From: Camelus dromedarius
Taxonomy: Eukaryota
Reading direction: 5' to 3'
Assembly (NCBI RefSeq): GCF_036321535.1
Contig: NC_087436.1
Coordinates: 51,586,001 to 51,650,000, forward strand
DNA length: 64,000 bases
The notes beneath the pieces were generated by a model. It did not search any database and was not told the DNA's origin. It worked only from the letters and a program-made list of their open reading frames with translations. Below, piece by piece: positions 50,434-63,569 of this stretch. Numbering within the stretch: the stretch's first letter is position 1; each line of letters opens with the position of its first letter. Made by a program: the position numbers and the translations under genes.

Positions 50434-51664
50434 CACATACAGCAATAGGAAAACATGCATGGTTAATCTAGCTTTTTAAGTTATAGACTTGAACTTTAAA
50501 GTACCTGTAATTAATATGTTTAAAAAGGTAAATAAAATTTTTTCTCAGAATAATGGAATCTATATAAAATAGATTTTTAAAAATCTTAAAGCTCAAAAAT
50601 ACTAAATCCTAAAACTGAAAAATTATCTGAAATTAATAATTAAATAAATAGATTTAACTGCAGATTAAAGTTTCAGAAAATGGGAAATAGATAGATTTAC
50701 AGAAAATTGAAATACACACAGGAAAAAAAACGGGTGGAGAGGACACAGTGATAAAACCTCCTAAAAGTCATTAGAGTCCCAGGAAATGACAAAAATGAAA
50801 TCAAAGATGTAATATTTGAGGTGATAATGATGATTGAGAATTTCCAAAACAAACAAAAGATATCAACCACAAATTCAACAACTTCTGTAAAGCCAATCAT
50901 GAATAACAAGAGAAAATTACTCAGAGCTACATCATAGGAAAACTGCTTGAAACAAAACAGAAAAGAAGCTGGGGTTGTTGGGGGGGAACACATCACTTTC
51001 AAAACAACAGCTATAGTTCAACAACTAATTATATAACAGAAAATATGGAAGCCTGATGGTAATGAAATATCATCTTTTAGATGCATTTTTGTCAATTCAG
51101 AAAAATATAATCAGTAAAAATATAATTCAAAATAAAGGCAAAAAAAAAAGACATTTTCAGTCAAAAAACAAGAGAAGATAAATAGGATTAAAATGTTATT
51201 ACCTTGGTCATGGTGTGGTAATACTAATTTAAGATAGATTATGATGAATCAGGGATTTGTGTTAATTTGGGCCATGGGTCATAGTCTGCTGACCCCTTGT
51301 TGAAAGCATTTACTAGTAAAATAGTGAAAGCTATGTAACATAATTAACTGTAAACCAGAGAGGAAGAAGAGGAAGTAGAATATTTTTAAAAATTAATTTT
51401 AAAAAGGTGGGATGCAAAAAAATGAGAAATAAAAATTTAGATTTGCTTAGGGGAAAATTTATAGTCTTAAAAGTATATATTAGAAATTAGAAATTACAAA
51501 AGCTGAAATGTAGTAATTCAAGCATCTATTTCAAGAACCAAGGACAGCAAATTAAAGAATATAGAAAATAGGAAATGATAAGAACATAAATATATTAAAG
51601 CAAACACCAAAATTATGAAAGGAAAACTTACCAAACCAAACATTAGTTCTTTCAAAATACTAGT
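46960..51664 (+). mobile_element. Cluster of old L1 fragments (5' UTR/ORF1/ORF2 pieces of L1M-type elements)
   Basis: Strongly A-rich, with ORF1-like ATCAGGCTGCCTTCACATTTTTCCTCAGCAA and ORF2-like TTAGGGGAAAATTTATAG and TAGTTCTTTCAAAA. Many stops. Confidence 0.7.
50379..50428. repeat. (AC)25 microsatellite
   Basis: Perfect dinucleotide run. Confidence 0.97.
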
Positions 51665-52520
51665 GCTCAACATCACAAATTATCAGAGAAATGCAAATCA
51701 AAACTATAATGAGGTATCACCTCACACCAGTCAGAATGGCCATTATTAAGAAGTCCACAAATGATAAATGCTGGAGAGGCTGTGGAGAAAAGCAAATCCT
51801 CCTACATTGTTGGTAAGAATGTAGTTTGGTGCAGCCGTTATGAAAACAGTATGGAGATTCCTTAAAAAACTGAAAATAGACTTACTATATGATCCAGCAA
51901 TCCCACTTGTGGGCATGTATCCAGAGGGAACTTTAATTCAAAAAGATACATGCACCCCAGTGTTCATAGCAGTGCTATTTACAATAGCCAAGACATGGAA
52001 ACAACTTAAATGTCCATTGACAGATGAATGGATAAAGAAGTGGTGGTATGTTTATACAATGGAATACTGCTCAGCCATAAGAAGAATGAAATAATGCCAT
52101 TTGCAGCATCATGGATGGAAGTAAGTAAAGGTAAGCCAGAAAGAGAAAGAAAAATACCATATGATATCACTTATATGTGGAATCTAAAAAAAAAAAAGAC
52201 AAATGAACTTATTTACAAAACAGAAACAGACTCAGAGACATAGAAAACAAACTTATGGTTACCAGAGGGTGAAGGGAGTGGGAAGAGATAAATTGGGAGT
52301 TCAAGATTTGCAGATACTAACTACTATATATAAAATAGATAAACAATAAGTTTATACTATAGAGCACAGTGAACTATATTTAATTTCTTGCAGTAACCTT
52401 TACTGAAAAATAACATGAAAAGGAATATATATATGTGTGTTTGTAGGACTGAAACATTATGCTGTACACCAGAAACTGACACAACATTGTAAACTGACTA
52501 TACTTCAATTAAAAAAAAAA
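51665..52520 (+). mobile_element. Relatively young 5'-truncated camelid-type L1 (ORF2 C-terminus + 3' UTR + poly A)
   Basis: Translates as [38 protein letters not shown] and then ORF 51840-52094 ([20 protein letters not shown]...TIAKTWKQ.KCP..DEWIKK). Ends in ACTTCAATT(A)n with ACTAGT duplicated on both sides. Confidence 0.93.
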
Positions 52521-54129
52521 ACTAGTAAAATTGATAAATTCTTAGCATAAGGGATGAAAAAAAAATAGAGAACATAAATTAGTAATTTCAAGAATAAACA
52601 AGGAATATCATTAGAGATTGTATCAATATTTACATAACAATAAAACATTATAAAAAAATCTTTTTGCCAAGAAATACAATCAGGTAGATAAAATGAGCAA
52701 ATTCCTTGGTAAATGTTGGCACATGGCCTCAGATCTGATACTATGGTGATAGGATTCAGAATATAAGGAAAGATCACTCACCGAAGGAATAGAGAAATTG
52801 CTTCTGAGCAAGGAGGAAAAGTAAGAATAATAGGCAAATAAATAACTTTGCAGGTAAGGGAGTGAAACTGAGGGAGTTTTCCCAATGGTTTCTGTTTTCT
52901 CTGTGAGAGGGAAGGCAGGATAATGTTAAATGAAGTGAGTAGGAAAAACCTTGCCATAAGTTGTGGAGGTATAGAAAGACAATGGAGGGTCATAGACCTG
53001 GGGGGTCGGGGTGGAGGGTCAATGGATGGTTTTCTGGGAAAAAACATGGGAAAACACACATGTATGTGAACACACGCTCACACACACACACAGAACCTCT
53101 ATTTTACACTGAGCATACCATTCATCCACAACTCCCAATTTCAGTAATTTACCCTAAGAAAATAAACCGAAGTATCTATACTATTTTTACACATTTCAAT
53201 GAATTTTTATACTTCTGAAAAAATCTAAATGCTACAAACAGATGAATATTTACTGACATAGGAAGATGTTTATGACTGCTAAAGAAAGAGGAAAAACAAG
53301 CTAGTTTGAAACTATGCATGCTACATAATAAATATGAAGTTATATATGCTATATGACAAAAAGTGTGATGGAAAAACAAGGACACACAGCTAAACTCCTA
53401 ACAGTGCTTATGAAAGGCATTGAGAATTTTCTCTTCTCTGCTTTTCAGTATTTTCCAAATTTTCTGATTTGAGCACAGATTACTTCAGCAATTAAAGGTA
53501 AATGTTATTTTGATTGAATAATTTAGATACAGATTAAGATCTGCTCAAAGAAAGAAATGGCACAAATTTTAAACATAATGGTATTTTTTAAAAAGACATT
53601 TTTTCCCTATGAAACATCAGAGGGCTGACTCATTCTCTGATCATATGGAAAAATAAATAAAAAAGGAAATATACTTGTGCAAAGCAATCTTTATTTTCTT
53701 TAATGTCATTTAGGGCTTCTTCGACAACCCAAATAGTCATTTACCAGCTGTTCCACTATGACTTAAAATAATTAAGGAAACTATTGCTCTTGTGTTTGAT
53801 TTTAATCTAAGAAATGTCTGAATGACTGGTTCAATGCTTCCATTTTGGATTTGACATTTGGTGTTGTAGAGACAATGTTAAAAGAAGAGCTTACTCATTG
53901 GAAATGTCTCAATCAAAATAAGGCTCCCTCTTAATTTCGTAGGGAAATGCAAAATGTTTACTATATAACACTTTCTAAAAAGCCTCGGTTCAGGAAGCTT
54001 TCAAAAAGTAATTACAAAGATTACAAAAAACACTCAACATTGTCCTACTATGCATATTAGGACTAAAGGTTTCTTGAATTTCTTCTTGTTTTTCTTGTTG
54101 TTCTTAAAAATTTCAACTCTATGGAAAGA

Positions 54130-54240
54130 GAATGAAAGCTCTGACAGAGGTTGATGTTGTTTTGTACAAGGATGTATCCTGAGTACCTGGAATAGTAACT
54201 TGCCCATAGTAGGGCTCAATAAATGTTGAATGAATGTGGT
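54130..54240 (+). mobile_element. L2 3' end
   Basis: CCATAGTAGGGCTCAATAAATGTTGAATGAATG. Confidence 0.7.
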
Positions 54241-56237
54241 AGTTTCAGACACACAAAGATCAGTACCTGTTAAGTTCTTCTTGCTCTCTCAGCATACTTT
54301 CCCCACTGTTTTACTGCAGTTTTCAGCTTTATGTTTGTTCCAAATTTAATTTAACTTCTATTGTTACTGAGAAGATTTGATAAGAAAAAAAGTTAATAAT
54401 AGTGCTACATGGGTGTTCAAAAGAAAGTTATGAGTTATTGAAGAGCCTGGCAGATGCTTTCTTTGTGTATTGACAAAATTGGGTGAGGTATTTCACATTT
54501 TAAGTGCTAGTAAACACAATTGGAATTGGGCTTTTATAGAACGTCTTGTTAAAACATTTTTTACAAGTGCTCAGTCTTTGGATAATCATATTAATTTTCA
54601 CTGGAAAAGTACACAAATAAAGTAGGGTTATAAATTTTTAAAAAATCGGTTTTCATTCTTCCTCAATTTAATTATTGTTTCTCGCTCTCAACTGACACAT
54701 GGAACAGCCTCTTATCTTTAAATAAAAATCTTTAACATTAAATAAAAGCCTTTGTGAAAGTTCAGTCTTGGCCATTTAATTGCTGTCAACCATCTGCAGG
54801 GTGTGCATTTATCAGGGAGAATTGTGAATTTCAGCATACCTATTTTCCCTTGCAGGGTATATAACATATTTTCCATTGAAATATATTTTCCATTGGAAAC
54901 TAACTTCAGATAAAATAAAAGGAATTTTTTGTCTGTATATAATGCATGAATGACTCTTGGAAAGAGATAATGTAAATAATAGATTAGCTCCCAGACACTG
55001 CTGCCATGTATTATTAATTAAAAAATAAAATTCAGCTCTACATTGAAAAATACATCATGGTATCTAGGCTACAATGTGTCTTAACAGTGGGGATTACATC
55101 TTAGAGGCAATGAAGTGGACTTTCATCACATTCATGATGCCTCAAGGCCCTTGAATATTCCCTTCCCCTTTAGTAATACACATACCTCTTTAAAAACTGG
55201 CCTGAGAACTCACTTTTTCTGGTAATGTTCAACTCACTCTTTCTGATAACATTCCCGCAATAAATCTCAACCAAATGTGTCTACTGTGTGCTCACTAGTA
55301 GAGTAACCTAATTTGATTATATTTCTGAATAGTGTTCTCACTGTGAGTTTTGCTGTCCCATTAGCTGGAGTCCCTACACATCTCCAGTTTAAGTGTGAAT
55401 AAACTCATCTTCGGCACCTCTGAAATATTCTGGAATATTTTAAGTAGCTCTATAAACTCCAAGGGATTGCCAAAGGAAAATAAACACAACCAATAACAGT
55501 CAGTCTTTCAGAAGCCCAGTTGTGATACTAACAAGATTGAATTTGCCTCCTAGACTCACATGCCTTTTCTTTTTTTGTATGAGCTCTGAAGAGCTCTCTA
55601 TCCTCAACCTCTTGGTAGATTTGGTGTTGTGAAGTTCTACCTTGTCCACAGTTATATCCTCAGTTGTTACTGTCTGATTCTTCACATCTCCTGAGGCTGG
55701 GCTCTGCTTAAATTCTGGAGCCAGACTTAACTATTTATTGTTGCACATTTTAATCGACTGCAATTTCCTTTTTAATATAAGGTATACAAACTCCACTGGA
55801 AAGAAAAACGTGACAGTAGAGCCTTATGTCTAACTTGTTTACCTAATTAATGAGGAAAAGAAATAACATGTCTGGCCACAGATTAAGATTAATATTTGGG
55901 CTCACACAAAGTATTGGATTGCTAAGTCAGATTTACATGAGTCAAAGATCTTACCTAGTATTGATAGAAAAAAAATCAGGCTGTTTTATTTCCTCCCTTG
56001 TCCCCTTATCATATAACATGTCTTAATAATAAATTTTACATCATAGTATTAAGTTCTAAGATGTTGAGAAGGGACATCACCGAAGGACTTTATATCCTCT
56101 TCTGGGGAAAACGTGTATTTGGTTGTATGCAGGATAGTTACCGTGTTAGGCTGGAGTATGACTTTGTTACTCTCTTTAACTGGAGATTTATTGGTTTAAG
56201 GATATGTGTATATGCACCAAATAGACAAGGGGTGAAC

Positions 56238-56600
56238 TGTGATAGTTTTATGTGTGAACTAGGTAGGCTATGGCACCCACTTGTTTAATTAAACACCAAT
56301 ACATGTGTTGTTGTGAAGGTGTTCCATAGATGAGGTTGACATCTACAATTAGTTGACTCTAAGTAAAAGAAATTACCCTCAAGGATGTGAGTGGGTCACA
56401 TCCAATTAGGTGACAGGTTTCACAGGCAAAAACTGAGGTTTCCCAGAGAAGAAGAAACTCTGTCTCAAGACTCCTGCTGGAGAGCTTCCAGCCTGCTGGT
56501 CTGACCTACACATTCCAGACTTGCCAGCTCCCATAACTGCATGAGCTAATTCCTTGTACTAAATCAATCTCTCTGTCCCTCTCTCCCTCTGTATTTCTAT
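56238..56600 (+). mobile_element. MLT2D-like ERVL LTR
   Basis: TGTGATAGTTTTATGTGTGAACT...AGTTGACTCTAAGTAAAAG...AAAAACTGAGGTTTCCCAGAGAAGAAGAAA...TTCCAGACTTGCCAGC. Confidence 0.8.
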
Positions 56601-56666
56601 GTATACACGTGTGAAACTGACTGAAAATCATAGTCATAGCACTTATAGCCACGAGAAATGAAGCCT

Positions 56667-56820
56667 GGGAGGGGACTGTCTAGCTCAGTGGTAGAGAGCA
56701 TGCTTAGCATGCATGAGTTCCCGGGTTCAATCCTCAGTACAGTATTAAAGAGAAATAATAAATAAAAATTTAAAAATAAGAAATAAAAAATAGGTAAACC
56801 TAATTACCTCCTTCCCCCAC

Positions 56821-56855
<35 letters not shown>

Positions 56856-56872
56856 GAAAAAGGAAAGAAAAA
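56667..56872 (+). mobile_element. Camelid vic-1-like tRNA-derived SINE (long form)
   Basis: TAGCTCAGTGGTAGAGAGCATGCTTAGCATGCATGAGTTCCCGGGTTCAATCC, an A-rich linker, TAAACCTAATTACCTCC, a long poly(A), and a perfect 13-bp TSD AGAAATGAAGCCT (56654-56666, 56873-56885). Confidence 0.9.
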
Positions 56873-57619
56873 AGAAATGAAGCCTACTGCCTGCAAAAAG
56901 ACCCAGAGAAGCGTCACCCTTGACCTGCTATGAACTATGGGACCAGTTAAGCAGCCCACTCCCTTCCGTCCATAAGCAGGGCCACAGACATTCTATAAAT
57001 GGCTTCCTCTCCCAGAAGTTTCAGGGATATCTCTCCTAGCACAAACTCATGTTTTTACACATTTAAAGCCACTTCCTCTAATTCTCTCATCTCATTTGCA
57101 AACTCTGACTTTCATTTTTCTTAACTATTTACCTGTCTTTCTTGGACATGAATTTTTGCTTCAACTCACCTTTACTTCACACTGTGCAGGTGCAAATTAA
57201 CCCTATTACTTCTCAGAATCCAGCCACACAAGACAGAGTAGGTGCTCCTCCAGCATGGTGGCTTCTCTTTGAAATGTCCAGAGAATACCCAACCCCCCAC
57301 CATCAGTGCCTCTATTCTTATGTCCTTTAGCAAACAGCAACATCCAAAATACATGTGACAATAAATGATTCTATAAATGTTTATTGTTACATTAAGCACA
57401 TAAAATTATATATTACTTAATTTTTGAGAATTTTGAACCCATAAAAGTAGTCAGTAAAAGCTGTCCATAATCTCCATCTTACAATAAGATTAGAAACGTC
57501 TCACATGAATTACACTGCATTTTAATGGTGGAAATATGTAAGGAAATAATTGTGATGCAGTATCAAAAGACCGATAATACAGTTCTACACATTGTGATAC
57601 TAGATTGCAGAGAAGACTC

Positions 57620-58150
57620 CACTTCTACGAAGCAGGTGGTACTTCAATTTGACCTTGAAAGATGATCAGGACTTTTTTAGGCAGTGATAGTGGTAAGAAC
57701 ATTCCAGACAGACACAATGCCCTGTTCAAAGGCAGAGAGATGTGAAAGTGTGCACTTAGGAGATGACTGATCAGAGTAGGATGATGCATGTGTGACAGGA
57801 CACTGAGCTGAATATTGGATTGTGGGGAACTCAGCTATTATAAAAATTTTAGACTTTATCCTGCAGTTTAATATGAAGTCATGGAAGATTTCAATGCAGG
57901 GAGGAGACATAACAAAATATGTGATTTAGAAAGATAATAAATATAAGGTTAGACAAGGGCAAGACTAATTAGGAAGTCATTGCAACAGTCCAGATGAAAA
58001 ATGGTGAGCCAGTATCCGCCCAGTTCCCCAAACCAGAACCCTGAGTCATCTTCAACTTCTCCCTTTCCCTCACTGAAAAATCACCAAGTTCCGTCAAATA
58101 AACCTCCTAAATAAAAGCTGAATTCATCCTCTTTTTCATCCCCACTTCCA
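57620..58150. mobile_element. L2 fragments in both orientations
   Basis: GACCTTGAAAGATG...CATTCCAGACAGA...TAGACTTTATCCTG...TTGCAACAGTCCAGATG, then CCCAAACCAGAACCCTGAGTCATCTT. Confidence 0.7.
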
Positions 58151-61100
58151 CATCACTGAAACATGGTGAAAGCCAGACTCAGCTCCTGTCTGAGAATTTT
58201 GTGCATGTTGGAAAACTGAGATGGTGACTAATTTTTCATCTTATCTTCCTGCTGGGTGGAGCCTGTGTTCTCTCATGGCTGCAGGCTGAATCCAGGGTGA
58301 TCTGAAGACATTGGTGTGCCCTTCAGCTATTGTTGGGAAAGGAGTTGCAACAGAGAAAGAGATAATAATGAGGAAGGAAGGAGGTCACGGAGTCTTGGTG
58401 GAGATGATGTGTGACTATCTCAGCAGTCATGGAAGCAGTGTCAAATGGGACATATGACAGCAGAGAGGAGGCTCAGGGAGTATCTGGAGAAAGCAAGATA
58501 AGACCACATCTTGAAAATAATAGTCTAGAAGCAGGTTATTACAGTCCAGAATCATGCAGAAGGGGAAAAAGGTAGAAAGTCAGTCCATCTACTAGGATAT
58601 TATTTGAGGCTATTATCACAGAATTAAGGTGGGAACTGTACTGTTGAATTGGAGGATAAATTCATAATAAGAAATAGTAAAATTGGCTTAAGACTATTGA
58701 TAAAGGCACTTTAAGTGCCCACTCTTGAAGATCAGAGCTGGTACAAGCACTGAATATTTGGAAAAAAGACATAGGGAAAAAAAAGGAATCTTCTAATATC
58801 TTAGAAAAAAAACTTATGAACAGAAAAATTTTATGAAAAGTATATGTAGACTTTAGGAGAATAGACCTTTACATTTTCTAGAAAACAACAGATGATAAAT
58901 GGAAATTAATTTTGCATTTTTGCCATCTGATATATATATATAATATATATATAAATTATATATATTTTATGTACATATAAAAGTCACCAACATTATTTGA
59001 TTTAGCATGTTATCTTTTCATGAATATTCTTATTTCAATACTCTAAAATCTTTCAAATATGATGCCTAATCCCGTACTGTTGATTTTTCTCCATAAATTC
59101 TTATATTTCCTAACTACATGTTTTGCTAGCATGGGATATTTTCAGGAATCTGGTGCTTCCAGCTGGGGTGGAAATGACTACAATTTCAACTGGCATCATT
59201 TTCATCCAAAGTCACAAACAGCTTTACGGATCAAAACTAGACAGTTGCTTTATCTGTGATAACTCTTACTTTCAACATTCCTTTTCCCATTAAGCTTTTT
59301 CTAGGATTTCTCCTAGGAATGTAATTTGTAAGAGCAAAGAGACAGGCAGTGAGTCCATGAGTAATGGCAAGGGGAGCATCCCAGAAAGGAAACCATCAGA
59401 AAAGAGCCAAAAGCTTAATGGCCCAAACAGAAGCAAAGGTCCAGAATCTGGGCAAACACAGATGCAACATGGATGCACAGAAGCATCCATATAGTCAGTA
59501 ACTATGAGGACCCAACAGGTGAGGGGGCAGCAAAGAGGAAGTCAAGCTGTAGACAGACAGACAGGAAGTAGGACTCAAAAAGAAGACTAAATCCAGGCTG
59601 AGGCCACCAGGAATCAGAACAAAAGCACCAAGTCTGGGTAGACAAAAAATACACAATGATAAGACCTTAGTGAAGCTAATGTACTTTCTCTGAGGAGTTA
59701 AATCACCCAGAGTTTACAGAAAAAGACACATAAGTGGTGACACATGGCTGGAAAAGACAATGAAATGTAAGAAAAATAAAATTTTGAAAAAAAAATGTAT
59801 TTGGGTTTCCCCTCATTTATCTGTTCCTGGACAGAGACCAGCAAAGAAGAGAGAGGAAGTTGAAGCTTGGATTTTTAACAATTCAGAAATCTAACAGTTT
59901 CCAAATGACTAAAATTATACAGATTATATTTCCCTAGTTTTACTGACACCTTGATTATCAGTTTTTTATACATCTTATTTGCTGTCAAAGCTACCTGAAA
60001 ATGTTATCTGACTGAACCTTAAAAGACAACTCTGGTATGAGGAATAGAAAATTTCCTTTTCAGCATAATTAGAAGCAGCGAAAGTTGAGGGAAAAGTAAT
60101 TTGTATGAAATACACCATTTTTTAAATTAAAAGTTTTTTTAAATGAAGTACTTCATTACATCTGAATTGAGAAGTTTATTGAAATTTTTATTTTTTTTTT
60201 GTAATTAAAAAACAGATAGGATCTTCTTTACAAAGTGAATAATATCTAAGTTTGTCCAATAATCCTTCTTGGCAATCAAGGTTTTGATGTATCTAAAAAA
60301 ATCTAATTATTTGTTAAGCACTGCAAAAAAAAATTTAAAATTCAACTTGCACAGAAAGTTACCAAGTGGCTTATTTATTAAGAGTTTATTCTCAATAGTT
60401 ATTATTCTACTTTTCATTATCAGTCTGGAGGAAAGCATATAAATACATTAAATCTTCATAAGTGACAAAGAGGATCACTCACTAAGTTGATAACTTTGGG
60501 ACCCTTTGTGTTATGAACTATCATAATATACCATAAAATTATGGATAATGGAAGATTATAGAGCCAGAACAAAGACAATTGAAATAGACCTGAAATACAG
60601 TGTGCTTCATTTGCATATATGTCAACTTGAAAATTCAACGCTGTATTATATTTTAGTAATCTGATAAAGTTAATTCGTTATATACTTTTGGAGACAGGAC
60701 TTCATCTAGAAGTATCGGTTAAAACTTTTACTCAATGACAATTTATAGGAAACACTGGGTTGAGAACATTAAAAAGGAAAACCCAAAGCAATGCTGAACA
60801 CAATTTCCCAAAACAATTAATGTGTGTTTATTGTGTTTGTTCCCATATTAAATTTTTGATATATACAATATGGCTTTACTCTTTGGAAGTTAAAATTTTA
60901 CAACATCTGTTTTCCCTAATGCCAGGACTCATTCTCTATTACAGCCTCTCCTCTCAAGTGAGCAAGCCTGATCATTTGCCATAAGGAGTGGTAGCAATGA
61001 GCTGTCATTTAGGGACAGTGGCTTTGGGCTCAGCCTTCCCAGTCTTGAATGACATTTCTACTACTTTTATAAATGTGTTTTCTTAAACACGTATAGAACC

Positions 61101-61849
61101 TCTTGAAAGTTCCATTTCTCATCCACAAACTGGGCATAACCATAGAGTGGGTATTTTATAAAACTTCAGGAATAAAATGAGATAAGGCAACCATGCATTT
61201 AAATCAATTAGCATGAGTACCTGTTTCAAGTAACTATACATGTTAGCTATTACTTATTTTTTAGTATTTATATTTTTTAATTTCTTATTATTATTTATGA
61301 AAATAAATAGAACTCAATTTAATCAAAAGGATGATGGAATACTGGGTAATTTTCTCCAAAGTCTACACCTGTATCTATAGAAATCATCACACTTTCTGAC
61401 AGCTAGAGTGCCCTTGTGTTCCAGACTTGAAGATTGAAGCTTCATGTGCTGGCCTTTGAGTTTTCATCCAGCTAGTACTTTAAGTCTGAGACTACTTTTC
61501 AGTTTTTCTTATTTCCCTATCAGATTAGAAACTCTTTTAAAGCTTGCTTTTCATTTTCTGTTTGGAATATTTGAAAGGGTAGAAGTTTCTTATTTTGTGT
61601 TGTTGTCTTCTTTTGTTTTTTTGTTTTTTTTGGTTTTTTTGAAAAGCATAAATTACCAAAACTTTCTCTAATAGAAACCTTTAACAGATAAATGGTTTTC
61701 ACAGATCTTGGATCTATAATCAAAGTATACATAAGAAATCAAACTCTGATGGATTTATGGAAAAGTTTTATTAAAATTTAAGGGACGTTAATTATCCTTA
61801 CCTTCCCCATTCTAGTGCAGTGAACTTAAAAATATCATTTCCACTTATT

Positions 61850-62578
61850 TTTAAAATGTATTTAAAGTAAAAGCATATTGTCCATAGAATTCCCATATAC
61901 TCCCCCATAATATATATAGTTTTCCCAAATCCTAAGAGCTTGCATTAGTGTGGAACATTTATTACAACTAATAAGCCAATATTGATATACTATTACTGCT
62001 GAAGTACGTAATTTACATTAAGGGTCACTTTTCTGCATCATACACTCCTATGGGCTTTAGCAAATACATAGTGTTTTGTATCCACCATTATAGTGACAGA
62101 ACATTTTCCCCATCCTAACAATCCTTTCTGCTTCTTTATCTATTCATCCTTAGTCTACCCTACACTACTTATAAAATATCTAGCAACCAGTGATCTTTTT
62201 ACCATCTTTATAGTTCTGCCTTTTCCAGAATATCACATAGTTGCAATAATTCTGTATGCAGCTTTTCAGATTGTTTTTTTTTCACTTAATAATATGCATT
62301 TAAGGTTCCTTCATGGCTTGTCACAGTTTGATAACTCATTTCTTTTATCACTGAATAATATTCCATTGTATGTATGTACCACAGTTTGTTTATCCTTTTA
62401 TCTGTTAAAGTACATCTTGGCTACTTCTAGGTTTTGGTGCTTATGAATAAAGAGACTGTAAGCATTGGTGAGCAGGATTTTATGTAGATATAAATGTCCA
62501 AATCAATTGGGTAAATATCGAGCATCATGATTGACAGATCATACAGTAAAACTACTAAGCTTTGTAAGAAACTGTAGG
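61850..62578 (-). mobile_element. L1MC-like 3' end
   Basis: TCCCATATACTCCCC...TTCTGCCTTTTCCAGAATATCACATAGTTG...GTACCACAGTTTGTTTATCC. Confidence 0.8.
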
Positions 62579-62939
62579 AAAAAGAATTATGGGTTGACAG
62601 TTTCTTTCAAGGCTTGAATGATAGCATGCTTCTGGCTTGCATTTCTGAGGTGAAATCTATGGTCACTATTTTATTTGTGTTTCTGTATGTAATATACCAT
62701 TTTTTCCTAGATTCCTTAAGTGTTTTCTTTTTAATCACTAAACGATACAGTGAATTTCAGATTGTACGCCCAAGAAGTCAGCTCTGCTCGGAGCTCCCAC
62801 AATTGCCACTCACAAGATGAGAAAATAAATGGTGAAAAGTTCATTCTAGGTTAAATAGCTAAGAAACAGTGAAATCACCTTACAAATGCAGGCATTTACA
62901 TATTTAAATATCATTTTCCTGCATATATTTCAGAAATAA

Positions 62940-63545
62940 TTTTTTCAGACTTTTATATTTTTAGAGCAATTTTAGGGTCACAGCAAAATTGAAAGGAAGT
63001 CACAGAGATTTTCCATATGCCCCCAGCCCCCACACATGTGTAGCCCCCACCATTAGCAACAGGAGTGGTATATTTATTGTCATTGTTAAATCTACACTGA
63101 CACATCATTATCACCCAAAGTCCATACTTTCCTGAGGGTTCACTACTGGTGTTGTGTAGGCTGTGGGTTTGCACAAATGTATAATGACAAACATCCGTTA
63201 TTATCATATCATACTGAGTATGTCCATTGCCCTAAAAATCCACTGTGCTCCAACTATTCATTTCTCCCACACTCCCAACCCCTGACAATCACTGACCTTT
63301 TTTATCATCTCCATAGTTTTGCCTTTTCAGAATATCATATAGTTGGAATCATATGCTATGCTTCTTTTACTTAGCAATATGCATCTGAGGTTCCTCATGT
63401 CTTTTCATGGCTTGATAGCCTTTTCTGTTTAGTGTTAAATAATATTCCATTATCTGGATGGACCACAGTTTATTTATTCGTTTACCTGCTGAGGGACATC
63501 TTGGTTGCTTCCAAGTTTTGGCAGTTACAAATAAAGCGGGTATAG
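62940..63545 (-). mobile_element. L1MC1/2-like 3' end (possibly carried inside a retroposed transcript; see findings)
   Basis: TTTTAGAGCAATTTTAGGGTCACAGCAAAATTG...ACACTGACACATCATTATCACCCAAAGTCCATA...GCCTTTTCAGAATATCATATAGTTGG. Confidence 0.85.
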
Positions 63546-63569
63546 AGCAACCAAAAAAAAAAAAAAAAG

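Noticed and set aside
51840..52094. 84-aa ORF with clear protein similarity
   Set aside because: It is the C-terminus of L1 ORF2 in a truncated, stop-containing copy, not a host gene.
61850..63545. Two similar segments suggesting a local tandem duplication
   Set aside because: Both are L1MC-type 3' ends and are substantially diverged from each other, so shared repeat ancestry explains the similarity.
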